Source: Bdellovibrionales bacterium
Lineage (GTDB): Bacteria > Bdellovibrionota > Bdellovibrionia > Bdellovibrionales > DASUEL01
Reading direction: 5' to 3'
NCBI GenBank assembly: GCA_050250255.1
Contig: JBFWOZ010000043.1
Coordinates: 1-26,459, forward strand
Length of the DNA: 26,459 nucleotides
The translations under genes were made by a program, and so were the position numbers. Each line of letters starts with the position of its first letter. Position 1 is the first letter of the stretch. Shown piece by piece: positions 1 to 8,391 of the stretch. The notes under the pieces were generated by a model. That model ran no database searches. It had not been told where the DNA came from and worked only from the letters and a program-made list of their open reading frames with translations.

Positions 1-705
1 TCGTTAATTGAAACTCAAAGAGCTCTTAGCGATGCGACAGATCGTCTAGCGCAGAATAAAGCCAAATCTCTGGTCGCCGATAGTTACAAAAGACTTATAC
101 ATGATCTCTATACGCCGATCGCGGCTCTTAGAGAAACTATAAAAGATGTTGACCATACTCAGCTCGACTCTTCAGCTCTAGAAAAGAGCGCTTCAAAAAT
201 TTCCCGTCTTGCTGAACAAATTCTAAATCAGGTCAGTGCCGGAAAAGAAAATCTTTCTGTTGAGCCAAGTATTTTTACCGAAGAAGACATTAGAAGCTGC
301 GTTCTAGAGGCTAGTGAGCAGGCACTCCTTGCGTTCAAAAACCGAGATCAAGTTAGTTTCACTGGAAAACTTCCTGATCTTCCCATTGTTGTTCCGCACG
401 ATCCTGAAATTTTAAGAAGGGCAATTACAAATTTAGTGAGCAACGCTTTGAGAGCTTGTAAATCAGTAGTTGAAGTTGAACTTCTTGTAAAAGAAAACTC
501 AGTCTCAGTTAAAGTTTCAGACGATGGTAGTGGCATCGAGCAATCGGATGTTGGGTTACTTCTTCAAGGCCGCACTACATCACCTGGTAGCAGCAGACCA
601 GGCTTTGGACTACCTTCCGCGAATCATATCGCTCGACTGCATGGCGGACGAATTGTTTATAGCAAATCGCCACTCGGCGGTGCGTGTTTTGAGATCAGGA
701 TTTAG
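1..705 (+). CDS. Sensor histidine kinase, C-terminal part (5' truncated by window edge)
   Basis: Frame 1 is open from base 1. It has an H-box IHDLYTPIAAL, N-box AITNLVSNA, G1 DDGSGI and G2 GFGL, and ends at TAG 703-705, 2 nt before the response regulator. Confidence 0.93.
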   Translation, partial: SLIETQRALSDATDRLAQNKAKSLVADSYKRLIHDLYTPIAALRETIKDVDHTQLDSSALEKSASKISRLAEQILNQVSAGKENLSVEPSIFTEEDIRSCVLEASEQALLAFKNRDQVSFTGKLPDLPIVVPHDPEILRRAITNLVSNALRACKSVVEVELLVKENSVSVKVSDDGSGIEQSDVGLLLQGRTTSPGSSRPGFGLPSANHIARLHGGRIVYSKSPLGGACFEIRI

Positions 706-707
706 CT

Positions 708-2093
708 ATGTCAATGGAGTCAAGAATACTAATTGTAGATGATGATCTAGAGCTTCTTGAAAGCGCCGAATCACTTTTATCTAAAATGTATTCTGTCAAA
801 GCCACTAATACAGTCGAGAATGCAAAATCTATTTTGCTTCAAAACGATTTTGACGTTGCGATTATTGATCTTAACTTTGAAGGACAAGACGAAGATGGTT
901 TAGTTCTTCTAGACTTTATCAACGACCGCGTATCAGATGTTGAAGTCGTTGTCTTAAGTGGTGACCAGGTAACAACTCGTGTGGTGAGCGCTATGAAACG
1001 AACACTGGTTGATTTTATTCCGAAATCTGGAGATTACGGCAATACGCTTAAATTCGCCGTTGCAAAAGGCTTGGAAAAGAAGAGAGTAAGAACAGCCAAA
1101 TCTAGTGAGCATAACTTTTTAACGAATTCTCCTAAAATGAACGCACTCCTTAGAACGGCTCAAAAAATTGCTGTGAGCTCTGGACACTTTCCTGTGTTAA
1201 TCACCGGAGAAACTGGTACAGGCAAAGAAGTTTTAGCTCAATACCTTGCTAAGATTCTTTCCAAGAAATTAGTAGCCGCAAATATGGCAAGTATCCCGCG
1301 CGAAACAGCCGAATCCGAACTATTCGGTCACGTTAAAGGCGCGTTTACGGGTGCCGTTTCTAACAAGCCAGGTCTCATTGAGCAAGCTCACGGTGGTATC
1401 TTCTTTCTTGATGAGTTGGGAGAATGCACCTTGGCAATACAAGCGAAACTCTTACGTGTTCTTCAGGAGCGAGAGCTTCAGCCAGTGGGAAGTGTGAAAC
1501 CTAAAAAAATAGAAACTCGATTCTTCGCCGCTACAAATAAAGACCTTGATGCCATGGTTGAAGAAAAAACGTTTAGGTTAGATTTGCTACAAAGGTTAAA
1601 TACGATAATACTGCACATTCCGGCTCTACGAGAACGTCCAGAGGATATTGTACTTTACGCAAATCACTTTCTCTCAGAATTTTCGGCTAAAAAAATGATT
1701 ACTCTGACAAGTTCAGGTATGGACGCTTTGTTGGCTCATACATGGCGAGGAAATGTTCGAGAACTAAGAAACGCTATGGAGCGGTTGGTTGTGTTTAATG
1801 ACCGAGGTGTCATTGAGTCTGAGGATGTTGTTAGAGCATTGGATGTTCCACTAAATCAGACTCAGTTGGTTAAAAATAGCGCTCCTGATTTAAAGCGCGC
1901 AGAAATTCTCGGAGCTTTGGAATTAGAGCAAGGAAACAGAACTAGGGCCGCCGCGAGGCTCGGAATTCACACTGTTACTCTTCAACGATGGTTAAAAAAA
2001 CTTGGCATCGGTGAAGTATTTGAATCTCAACCAGGTAGACCAAGTCTGTTTAAAAATGCGGAATCAACAGCAAGTAGTGAGGTTGACGCATGA
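708..2093 (+). CDS. Sigma-54-dependent response regulator (NtrC/AtoC family: REC + AAA+ + Fis HTH)
   Basis: ILIVDDD receiver domain, GETGTGKE Walker A, ESELFGHVKGAFTGA, FLDELGE, WRGNVREL, C-terminal GNRTRAAARLGI HTH. Confidence 0.96.
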   Translation: MSMESRILIVDDDLELLESAESLLSKMYSVKATNTVENAKSILLQNDFDVAIIDLNFEGQDEDGLVLLDFINDRVSDVEVVVLSGDQVTTRVVSAMKRTLVDFIPKSGDYGNTLKFAVAKGLEKKRVRTAKSSEHNFLTNSPKMNALLRTAQKIAVSSGHFPVLITGETGTGKEVLAQYLAKILSKKLVAANMASIPRETAESELFGHVKGAFTGAVSNKPGLIEQAHGGIFFLDELGECTLAIQAKLLRVLQERELQPVGSVKPKKIETRFFAATNKDLDAMVEEKTFRLDLLQRLNTIILHIPALRERPEDIVLYANHFLSEFSAKKMITLTSSGMDALLAHTWRGNVRELRNAMERLVVFNDRGVIESEDVVRALDVPLNQTQLVKNSAPDLKRAEILGALELEQGNRTRAAARLGIHTVTLQRWLKKLGIGEVFESQPGRPSLFKNAESTASSEVDA

Positions 2094-2950
2094 ATAAAAA
2101 GATAATTTCTATTTCAGATGGACAAAGATGCGTACACACAACCCCAACAAGGGGTTTGCCGCAGCTTTTTTGTATCCATGGCGGTATGGGGCTTGGCTCA
2201 GATTCGATATTTGGTATTGAATCCCTATCTGAGCATTTTGATTTGATATGGATAGACCTAAGAGGGTCTGGGCAATCCGACATTTCAAAAAACGGAAGTT
2301 ATTCTCTTAACGATTTTGCAGAAGATATAAATGAAATTGTGAGCCAGCTTAAAAATGACAAACCAAAAGGAATTTTTGGACATTCGCTAGGCGGAATGGT
2401 GGCGGTCAAGACTTTAGCAAAATATCCAAGTCTCTTTGATTTTGCGATCCTATCTAACACTGCAATGGATGATAAATGGCGATCTTCGTCTCAAGAGGCC
2501 GTTCAGAAAATTAAAAATCCACAGCTTGATAATGCCCTTGCAAAATATCAGAAAAATCCAAAGTCATACGAAGCAGTTCAAGAGCTTGCCATTCAGTATG
2601 GCCCAATTTATTTTCCTGAATTGTCACCACAAGATGCAAAATCACAAATGGAGAAGTTTTCTTATCGAGCAGAAACAATGGAGTACACTAGCAACAAAGT
2701 TTATCCTGGAATGGATCTTAAAAACGACTCTGGTACAATTCAGGTCCCTACATTAATTCTTTCGGGTGAGTTAGATGAAGTTGTACCATCAAAATGTCAA
2801 AAAACTCTTGCAGACACCATCCCAATTTCCACATTGGTGACTTTACGTGGCTGTGGCCATTTTCCTTTCGTAACAAAAAAAGATGATTTTAAAAATGCGA
2901 TTTCACAATGGTGGAAATCAGTTAAGTCTCAAACAGAGGAGAAGAAATGA
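2090..2950 (+). CDS. Alpha/beta hydrolase, proline iminopeptidase (S33)-like
   Basis: HGGMG (cf. HGGPG), DLRGSGQS, nucleophile GHSLGG, GELDEVVP Asp, CGHFPF His; ATGA overlap with the upstream gene. Confidence 0.88.
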   Translation: MNKKIISISDGQRCVHTTPTRGLPQLFCIHGGMGLGSDSIFGIESLSEHFDLIWIDLRGSGQSDISKNGSYSLNDFAEDINEIVSQLKNDKPKGIFGHSLGGMVAVKTLAKYPSLFDFAILSNTAMDDKWRSSSQEAVQKIKNPQLDNALAKYQKNPKSYEAVQELAIQYGPIYFPELSPQDAKSQMEKFSYRAETMEYTSNKVYPGMDLKNDSGTIQVPTLILSGELDEVVPSKCQKTLADTIPISTLVTLRGCGHFPFVTKKDDFKNAISQWWKSVKSQTEEKK

Positions 2951-3096
2951 AAAAGATAATCAGATTACTTGTGGTGATACTGGCCGCAGGAGCAACATTA
3001 CAAGCGATAGTCGCTTTTGCAAAACCAGAGGGTATTCTTAAAAAATTTTCCGACTCAGGACAGAGAGGAAAAAAAGCTGGTGATCCAGGTCCATAA
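2947..3096 (+). CDS. Small 49-aa secreted peptide (not in ORF track): MKKIIRLLVVILAAGATLQAIVAFA-KPEGILKKFSDSGQRGKKAGDPGP
   Basis: ATG 2947 overlaps the hydrolase TGA (ATGA), with RBS GAGGAG upstream. It has a typical Sec signal ending in A-F-A, and its TAA (3094-3096) lies 2 nt before the next ATG. Confidence 0.8.
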   Translation: MKKIIRLLVVILAAGATLQAIVAFAKPEGILKKFSDSGQRGKKAGDPGP

Positions 3097-3098
3097 TA

Positions 3099-3653
3099 AT
3101 GAACGAAAAATTATTGAATAATTTTTTGCCATCGGCCATTTGGATTGGTTATCACTTAGCCATTCCTCAATGGAGCTTCAGCGCACTAAGCCTACTTATG
3201 CTTGTACGCGCTTTCGTTATACTTTGGCTGTTTGTAAACCGTGAATTACCAATTCTGAGGGCATCATATTATCAGATCGTGATTGCGTGGATCTCGACTT
3301 TTTTGCCTGTCCTCATGATATGGGACTCGCAGGACTCGGCTCAAGCTCTATTGGGGCAGTTGACGGCTATTGGCGGTATGGTTTTATTTATATTTTCGGC
3401 ACTTGATCTCGGCAAGTCATTTGGCGTTTCTCCTGCAGTTCGTTCACCTATTCAAAGCGGTATATACAAATATCTAAGTCATCCGATATATTTTGCGCAT
3501 ATAGTTGTTGAAGTCGGCATTTTAATTGCGAGCCCCACTATGTGGAATGCGTGCATAGTTGTAGTGGCCTGGTCACTTTATATTTTGCGTGCACGCTGGG
3601 AGTCTCAAATTTTGCGACGATATCTTAACGAAAGCATTAAAATAAGTCTTTAA
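3099..3653 (+). CDS. Isoprenylcysteine carboxyl methyltransferase (ICMT/PEMT)-like membrane protein
   Basis: Several hydrophobic segments; LGKSFGVSPAVR..GIYKYLSHPIY resembles the family GxYxxxRHPxY motif, with Arg replaced by Ser. Confidence 0.75.
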   Translation: MNEKLLNNFLPSAIWIGYHLAIPQWSFSALSLLMLVRAFVILWLFVNRELPILRASYYQIVIAWISTFLPVLMIWDSQDSAQALLGQLTAIGGMVLFIFSALDLGKSFGVSPAVRSPIQSGIYKYLSHPIYFAHIVVEVGILIASPTMWNACIVVVAWSLYILRARWESQILRRYLNESIKISL

Positions 3654-3840
3654 TATCAACAGAAAGTGCTTCAGCAAGTTTCGCGAGCATCCTCAGGCTT
3701 GGTAGCCTCTTGCCACTTTCAATATCTGAAAGATAACCTTTAGAAACATCGTTTTCATATGCAAGTTTTTCGGATGTCATACCTCGTTTTTTTCGCACTG
3801 TTGTAATACGTTTTCCTAAGCGTTTAGCTAAATCATCCAT
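3637..3840 (-). CDS. XRE-family HTH transcriptional regulator (67 aa)
   Basis: LGKRITTVRKKRGMTSEKLA..SKGYLSDIESGKRLPSL is a Cro/C1-type HTH. Confidence 0.9.
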   Translation of the reverse strand: MDDLAKRLGKRITTVRKKRGMTSEKLAYENDVSKGYLSDIESGKRLPSLRMLAKLAEALSVDIKDLF

Positions 3841-3843
3841 TTG

Positions 3844-3917
3844 AGTTCTCCCACAGCGAACCTTCTTTATGGACAGTAGCGGAATTCTATGTTTTCATAG
3901 TTCTCTGACAGCGAACT
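3844..3917. promoter_or_regulatory. Two operator-like GTTC-N9-GAAC palindromes between the divergent XRE genes
   Basis: AGTTCTCCCACAGCGAAC (3844-3861) and AGTTCTCTGACAGCGAAC (3899-3916): 16/18 identical, 55 bp apart. Confidence 0.65.
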
Positions 3918-3952
3918 TTTGGTTTTATTGCTTTCAGCAAGGAGGCTAGACT

Positions 3953-4216
3953 TTGGTGGGGTATGACAGAAAAAAATTGGGGCGTTATTTGAAGCAAAGC
4001 CGTCAAAAAGCAGGTTTATCGCAAAAAATTGTATCCGAGAGGCTTGGACTCCAAACCGCTCAGTACATTTCCAATATTGAGCGAGGATTATGTGCAGTAC
4101 CAATAGATACATTAAAAAAGCTTATTCAGCTTTACAGTGAAGATTCGCTTCAAGTAATAAAAATGATGGCTTCCACCTATTCCAAGTCATTGAAGGCCTA
4201 TTTCTTGAGACGGTAA
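3953..4216 (+). CDS. XRE-family HTH transcriptional regulator (87 aa)
   Basis: RBS AAGGAGG and TTG start; LGRYLKQSRQKAGLSQKIVSERLGLQTAQYISNIERG HTH. Confidence 0.88.
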   Translation: MVGYDRKKLGRYLKQSRQKAGLSQKIVSERLGLQTAQYISNIERGLCAVPIDTLKKLIQLYSEDSLQVIKMMASTYSKSLKAYFLRR

Positions 4217-4319
4217 AGCCGCTAATCGAATGAAGTGAATCAACTTTACTTGGCTCTCAAATGATTGGCAGCACTCCCGCGTACTAGCTAAACTATTGAT
4301 GTTACAAAGAAATAGCATG

Positions 4320-4382
4320 TCATTTAACCGAATGGTTGACTAATTTCTAAAGCTCATATATCATTTAACTATATGGTTAAAT
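4320..4382. promoter_or_regulatory. Two imperfect palindromes, likely autoregulatory operators of the ArsR-family gene
   Basis: TCATTTAACCGAATGGTTGACT (4320-4341) and TCATTTAACTATATGGTTAAAT (4361-4382); the second overlaps the ATG. Confidence 0.7.
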
Positions 4383-4708
4383 CATCTGCAGCACTCAAAT
4401 TAGATTTAATTTTTCATGCGCTTTCGGACTCCACTAGAAGAGCCATTCTGTATGACGTTTCAAAGCACGAAAAAACGGTCAGTGAGATTGCTAGGCCCTA
4501 CAGGATGTCACTTGCTGCAGTTTCAAAGCACCTCACGGTCCTTGAGAAAGCGCGACTCATAGAACGAAAAAAGCATGGTAGTTTTCAGATAGTGAGTCTA
4601 CACGCGGAATCTCTTAAAACTGCCGAAGAATGGATTTTATATTATCAACAGTTTTGGGGGCCTCGTCTCGACGCTCTTAAAGATTTTTTAGAAAAGGAGC
4701 GAAAATGA
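4373..4708 (+). CDS. ArsR/SmtB-family winged-helix regulator (Cys-free, SRPBCC-associated type)
   Basis: FHALSDSTRRAIL..TVSEIA..MSLAAVSKHLTVLEKARLI..FWGPRLDAL; contains no cysteines. Confidence 0.92.
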   Translation: MVKSSAALKLDLIFHALSDSTRRAILYDVSKHEKTVSEIARPYRMSLAAVSKHLTVLEKARLIERKKHGSFQIVSLHAESLKTAEEWILYYQQFWGPRLDALKDFLEKERK

Positions 4709-5145
4709 GCGAGAACATAAAGCTACAATTGAAACAAATTATCAAAGCTAAGCGTAGTCAGGTTTTCGATGCGTGGACAAAACCAGAGCTGATGAAACAA
4801 TGGTATCATCCAGGAGCTATGACAAATCCGTCTGCCAGCTCAGATCTCAAAATTGGTGGCAAGTACCACATTGAAATGAAAGGCGAAATGGATGGTAAGC
4901 CCGTCAATCCCACAGCGTCAGGTGAGTACACAAAAATCATTCCGAACGAACTTATTAGTTTTACCTGGGGCTGGGAGGGTGATCTTTCTCCAAAGACTTT
5001 GGTAACAATTGAATTAAGAGATGTTGATTCCGGAACCGAAGTTACTCTCACTCACGAACGATTTGAAAATACCGGCAAACGCGATCATCACCAAAAAGGT
5101 TGGGTCGGTTGTCTGGAAAATCTTAAGATATTTTATAACAACTAA
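4705..5145 (+). CDS. SRPBCC / AHSA1-like domain protein
   Basis: VFDAWTKPELMKQW, DLKIGGKY, ISFTWGW, GTEVTLTHE..HQKGW; ATGA coupling to the ArsR gene. Confidence 0.92.
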   Translation: MSENIKLQLKQIIKAKRSQVFDAWTKPELMKQWYHPGAMTNPSASSDLKIGGKYHIEMKGEMDGKPVNPTASGEYTKIIPNELISFTWGWEGDLSPKTLVTIELRDVDSGTEVTLTHERFENTGKRDHHQKGWVGCLENLKIFYNN

Positions 5146-5164
5146 CAAAATTAGGAAGTCATCA

Positions 5165-5548
5165 ATGGAATATCCAATCATCATTATTTTACTCGCGTCT
5201 ATTCAATATTTACTATTTGGTCTTAGGACTGGTGTAGCACGAACCAAGTTTGGAATAGATGCGCCGAGAGTTTCTGGCAATGAAACATGGGAGCGTTACA
5301 ATCGTGTACACTTAAACACACTTGAGCAACTTATTGTTTTTATTCCTGCTCTTCTTGTTTTTTCCTACTATATCAGTCCGAAATGGGCACTCGTACCAGG
5401 AATCGCATTTCTCGTTGCTCGTCAAACATACTCCTACTTATACATTAAGAATCCAAAAGGGCGTGGTTTTCCGCCAACGTTCTTCGTAAATGTTATTTTA
5501 GTAATTGGCAGCTTGGTTGGCGTAGTTATTTCATTACTTAAGCAGTAA
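5165..5548 (+). CDS. MAPEG family membrane protein
   Basis: ARTKFGIDAPRVSGNETWERYNRVHLNTLEQL MAPEG motif. Start moved to ATG 5165 (RBS TAGGAAG) because the ORF-track start overlaps the SRPBCC gene. Confidence 0.88.
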   Translation: MEYPIIIILLASIQYLLFGLRTGVARTKFGIDAPRVSGNETWERYNRVHLNTLEQLIVFIPALLVFSYYISPKWALVPGIAFLVARQTYSYLYIKNPKGRGFPPTFFVNVILVIGSLVGVVISLLKQ

Positions 5549-5555
5549 CAAATTT

Positions 5556-6014
5556 ATGAATGTAGATGTTTTAACTGAAATCAAGATTCATTGTCCTCGG
5601 GACCTAGTGGCTAACTACGCTTCTGATCCCAACAATGCTCCTAAGTGGTACGTCAATATTAAGGCTGTGGAGTTGAAGACGCCAGGACCTTTAAAGATAG
5701 GTTCACAAATGACTTTTATAGCTCACTTCCTGGGAAGGCGATTGGAATATACATACGAGGTTACTGAGTTTTTGTCAGGTTCGAAATTCCAGATGAAAAC
5801 TGCGGAAGGCCCCTTTCCGATGGAAACAACTTATGAATGGAAAGAAATCGACTCCAATACGACCCAAATGACATTGAGGAATCGCGGTACGCCCACGGGA
5901 TTTTCAGCACTATTGGCACCTTTTATGTCCGCTGCAATGCGGAGAGCCAATCGGAAGGATCTGACCCTCCTCAAAAGGATGTTAGAATCCTCCGCTGGGC
6001 ACATAAGCAAGTAG
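5556..6014 (+). CDS. SRPBCC (polyketide cyclase-like) family protein
   Basis: YASDPNNAPKWYVNIK..FLGRRLEYTYEV..GPFPMETTYEW..MRRANRKDL. Confidence 0.9.
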   Translation: MNVDVLTEIKIHCPRDLVANYASDPNNAPKWYVNIKAVELKTPGPLKIGSQMTFIAHFLGRRLEYTYEVTEFLSGSKFQMKTAEGPFPMETTYEWKEIDSNTTQMTLRNRGTPTGFSALLAPFMSAAMRRANRKDLTLLKRMLESSAGHISK

Positions 6015-6015
6015 G

Positions 6016-6432
6016 TTAGGTCCTTGAAGTAGTTTCTCGACTCAATTGCTGAATTAAACTTTTGATTTCATCCCGCGTATTTCTAAATGCATCCAGTCTT
6101 TTTGCCTCATCATATTCTGGGTTTGCAGGATCTGAGAGATTCCAATTCAATTTTTTAGCCTTTGAGCTCACAACAGGACAACTCTCTTCGGCACATAAAG
6201 TAATAATTAAATCAAATGACTCCAAATTTAAATCATAAACTAATTTAGGATTTTGCTTGGAGATATCTATGCCGATCTCATTCATTACCTGTATCGCAAG
6301 TGAATGGGTCTGTGTTCCTGGTTTTGAGCCCGCGCTTTGAATGTTCGCACTACCAGCCAAAATTTGTTTCGCAAGTCCTTCTGCTATTTGGCTCCGAGCA
6401 GAATTTGCAACGCATAAAAATAGAATGTTCAT
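6016..6432 (-). CDS. arsC: Arsenate reductase, LMW-PTPase fold
   Basis: P-loop LFLCVANSARSQIAE, SAGS, TLCAEESCP resolving Cys pair, W.L.DP..F...RD.I; last gene of the ars-related operon. Confidence 0.88.
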   Translation of the reverse strand: MNILFLCVANSARSQIAEGLAKQILAGSANIQSAGSKPGTQTHSLAIQVMNEIGIDISKQNPKLVYDLNLESFDLIITLCAEESCPVVSSKAKKLNWNLSDPANPEYDEAKRLDAFRNTRDEIKSLIQQLSRETTSRT

Positions 6433-7112
6433 GGATTGTTTTGTCTAAGGTTGATGCTTTTAATCATAACTTCATATTGAGACTTTGAATCATCGCCGTC
6501 AACACTCAGCCACAGTGCAACGACATTAAGTGGAGTGTCGAATTTGATATCCATTTTAAAAAGCCCCTCGAGTTGCACTAGAGAGACTATTTTTTCATGG
6601 ATGAGGTCGGATTGGGGAGACACTCGTGACTTATTCAACAGATCCGGTCTATTTGTCACATTATAAAAAAATATCTTATTAATACCTTTATTGGGGGGCG
6701 CAAGTGAAAAAAGTTTTTTTACCCATGCTGGGGCAAACATTTTTTTTAACCCGGATAACGTTTGCTCCCCAGAAGTTACAAAACCTAGCCTAAGGATGGA
6801 ATCTTCGTCGAATGGAGTTATCTCAAGTTTTTTTATCCCATTAATTTCGGCGGACAATATGAAACCATAATTGTTTTGAGAAGACTCCAATTTATAAATA
6901 AGTGGGCCAGCAGATTTATTTACTTTTATATTGAGCCCTTTCATATCAAAGGCGACTTCATTCGACGGAATCTTTGAAAATGTGAGCGATGTCCATTTCG
7001 AGCTTTCTAAAAGTATACTCTCTCCAAAGGCTTCCCCAGGCATTAGCATCATCAGAAAAAGAGCTAAGTAAATAGACGATTCTTTTTTATTAAAAAAAAT
7101 GTTGAACACCAA
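6429..7112 (-). CDS. Hypothetical exported protein (possibly DUF3047-like); start uncertain
   Basis: Long ORF coupled to both neighbours, hydrophobic N-terminus, C-terminal WLSVDGDDS motif. The family call is tentative. Confidence 0.55.
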   Translation of the reverse strand: MVFNIFFNKKESSIYLALFLMMLMPGEAFGESILLESSKWTSLTFSKIPSNEVAFDMKGLNIKVNKSAGPLIYKLESSQNNYGFILSAEINGIKKLEITPFDEDSILRLGFVTSGEQTLSGLKKMFAPAWVKKLFSLAPPNKGINKIFFYNVTNRPDLLNKSRVSPQSDLIHEKIVSLVQLEGLFKMDIKFDTPLNVVALWLSVDGDDSKSQYEVMIKSINLRQNNP

Positions 7113-8391
7113 AACTCCAATTCATAGAATCAGTTTTAACAAGAGGCTTTGCAAAATCTAATCTCAATACAAAACGATAAAAATGAGGTAGAATAAGTCT
7201 TATTCCAGCTCCTAAACTTGCCGCTCTAACCATAAATAAATAGTGAGCATGCTCCCCAAAACCAGCAAAATCTATAAATGAAACCCCTTGGGTGATGATC
7301 GATGGTTGCTGAGAAATTACAAAACGAAATTCTGAATTGCTTAATGAGTAAAACCGGCCTGAAAATCTGTTATCAGAAAATCCTCTAAGGCGATCTAAAC
7401 CACCCAAATAGTATCTGTATTGAAAGATATCTGTAGATGTTGCACCTATCTGTATACGTTGTGCAAATTGTGTGCGAGTTGAAAGTGGGACATACAATAG
7501 ATATCCAATGTCACCTTGAGAGAAGTCACTGACTTCTCTCTTGAGGGGTAAAGCATAACCAATAGAGGTTGTGAGTTTATAACCAGATAACATATGCGAT
7601 TCGCCCTTAACTTGTCCGAATTCAATTCCTATTTTTGTAATCACCAGTTTTGTAGAAGGAGGCATCTCAAAGCCACTAGAATTTTTTTCTAATATGTTTT
7701 GAGGCAACTCTTCGGTTGAAAACTTGTCATAATTGTAATCCATGGAGACACGCCAAAGACTTGCGTCTTTAATCTCCTTAAAATAGTCGATATAAAATTT
7801 TTCTCGTTTGTGGAGAAAGCCAGCTTCAGGCACCGGATCATTTCTTTCAGAGTTGTAAATAGTGCGTATGCGACGAGTATTCCAATACTGAACATCAATG
7901 CCTTGCCTTTTTCCAAAGAGACGAGGGTTTTTGTACCAGATAACACCGGAGCTTATTCCAGCCAGATTTTCGTACTGAGTGCCAAGTTCAATAAATTTTC
8001 CCATTGCGTTGGGATCATAAACACCCAAAGTATATTGAGTTACACCGCCTCCAGAATTGATTTTAAATATTGGTATTGTTGTCCATTTTTCTTGAACCTT
8101 GATGGTAATATTAGTTTCTCTCAGGGAGTTGCTATTAACTACACTTTTGACATCCGTAAATAGACCCATACTACGGATTTTTTCAATTCCAGTCTCAATA
8201 TCTGTATTACAAGTATGAGTGCCCACTTTCAGATTAGACTCTCGAATAATCATTTCGCTTTGAGTTCTGTTATTGCCTTCAATACCTATGGCCTTAATAA
8301 AATGAGACTCTGAAGAAGGACAGTTCGCGTGACTCAATGTTGGGATTGCACAAACTATGCACAAAAAATATTTACAGAGCAAAGCCTTCAA
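7090..8391 (-). CDS. Omp85 (BamA/TamA-like) outer-membrane protein with one POTRA domain
   Basis: Signal peptide; POTRA IEGNNRTQ..IIRE..GLFTDV..VQEKW; barrel LGGLDRLRGF; terminal FGVQHFF. Confidence 0.85.
   Translation of the reverse strand: MKALLCKYFLCIVCAIPTLSHANCPSSESHFIKAIGIEGNNRTQSEMIIRESNLKVGTHTCNTDIETGIEKIRSMGLFTDVKSVVNSNSLRETNITIKVQEKWTTIPIFKINSGGGVTQYTLGVYDPNAMGKFIELGTQYENLAGISSGVIWYKNPRLFGKRQGIDVQYWNTRRIRTIYNSERNDPVPEAGFLHKREKFYIDYFKEIKDASLWRVSMDYNYDKFSTEELPQNILEKNSSGFEMPPSTKLVITKIGIEFGQVKGESHMLSGYKLTTSIGYALPLKREVSDFSQGDIGYLLYVPLSTRTQFAQRIQIGATSTDIFQYRYYLGGLDRLRGFSDNRFSGRFYSLSNSEFRFVISQQPSIITQGVSFIDFAGFGEHAHYLFMVRAASLGAGIRLILPHFYRFVLRLDFAKPLVKTDSMNWSFGVQHFF

Noticed and set aside
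4217..4319. Sigma-54 -24/-12 promoter (TGGC hits)
   Set aside because: No TTGC element at the required spacing; I found no convincing sigma-54 promoter in the window's intergenic regions.
4373..4708. ArsR-family gene as the arsenite-sensing repressor of the ars operon
   Set aside because: It has no cysteines, is of the SRPBCC-associated type, and I saw its operator-like boxes only upstream of itself.
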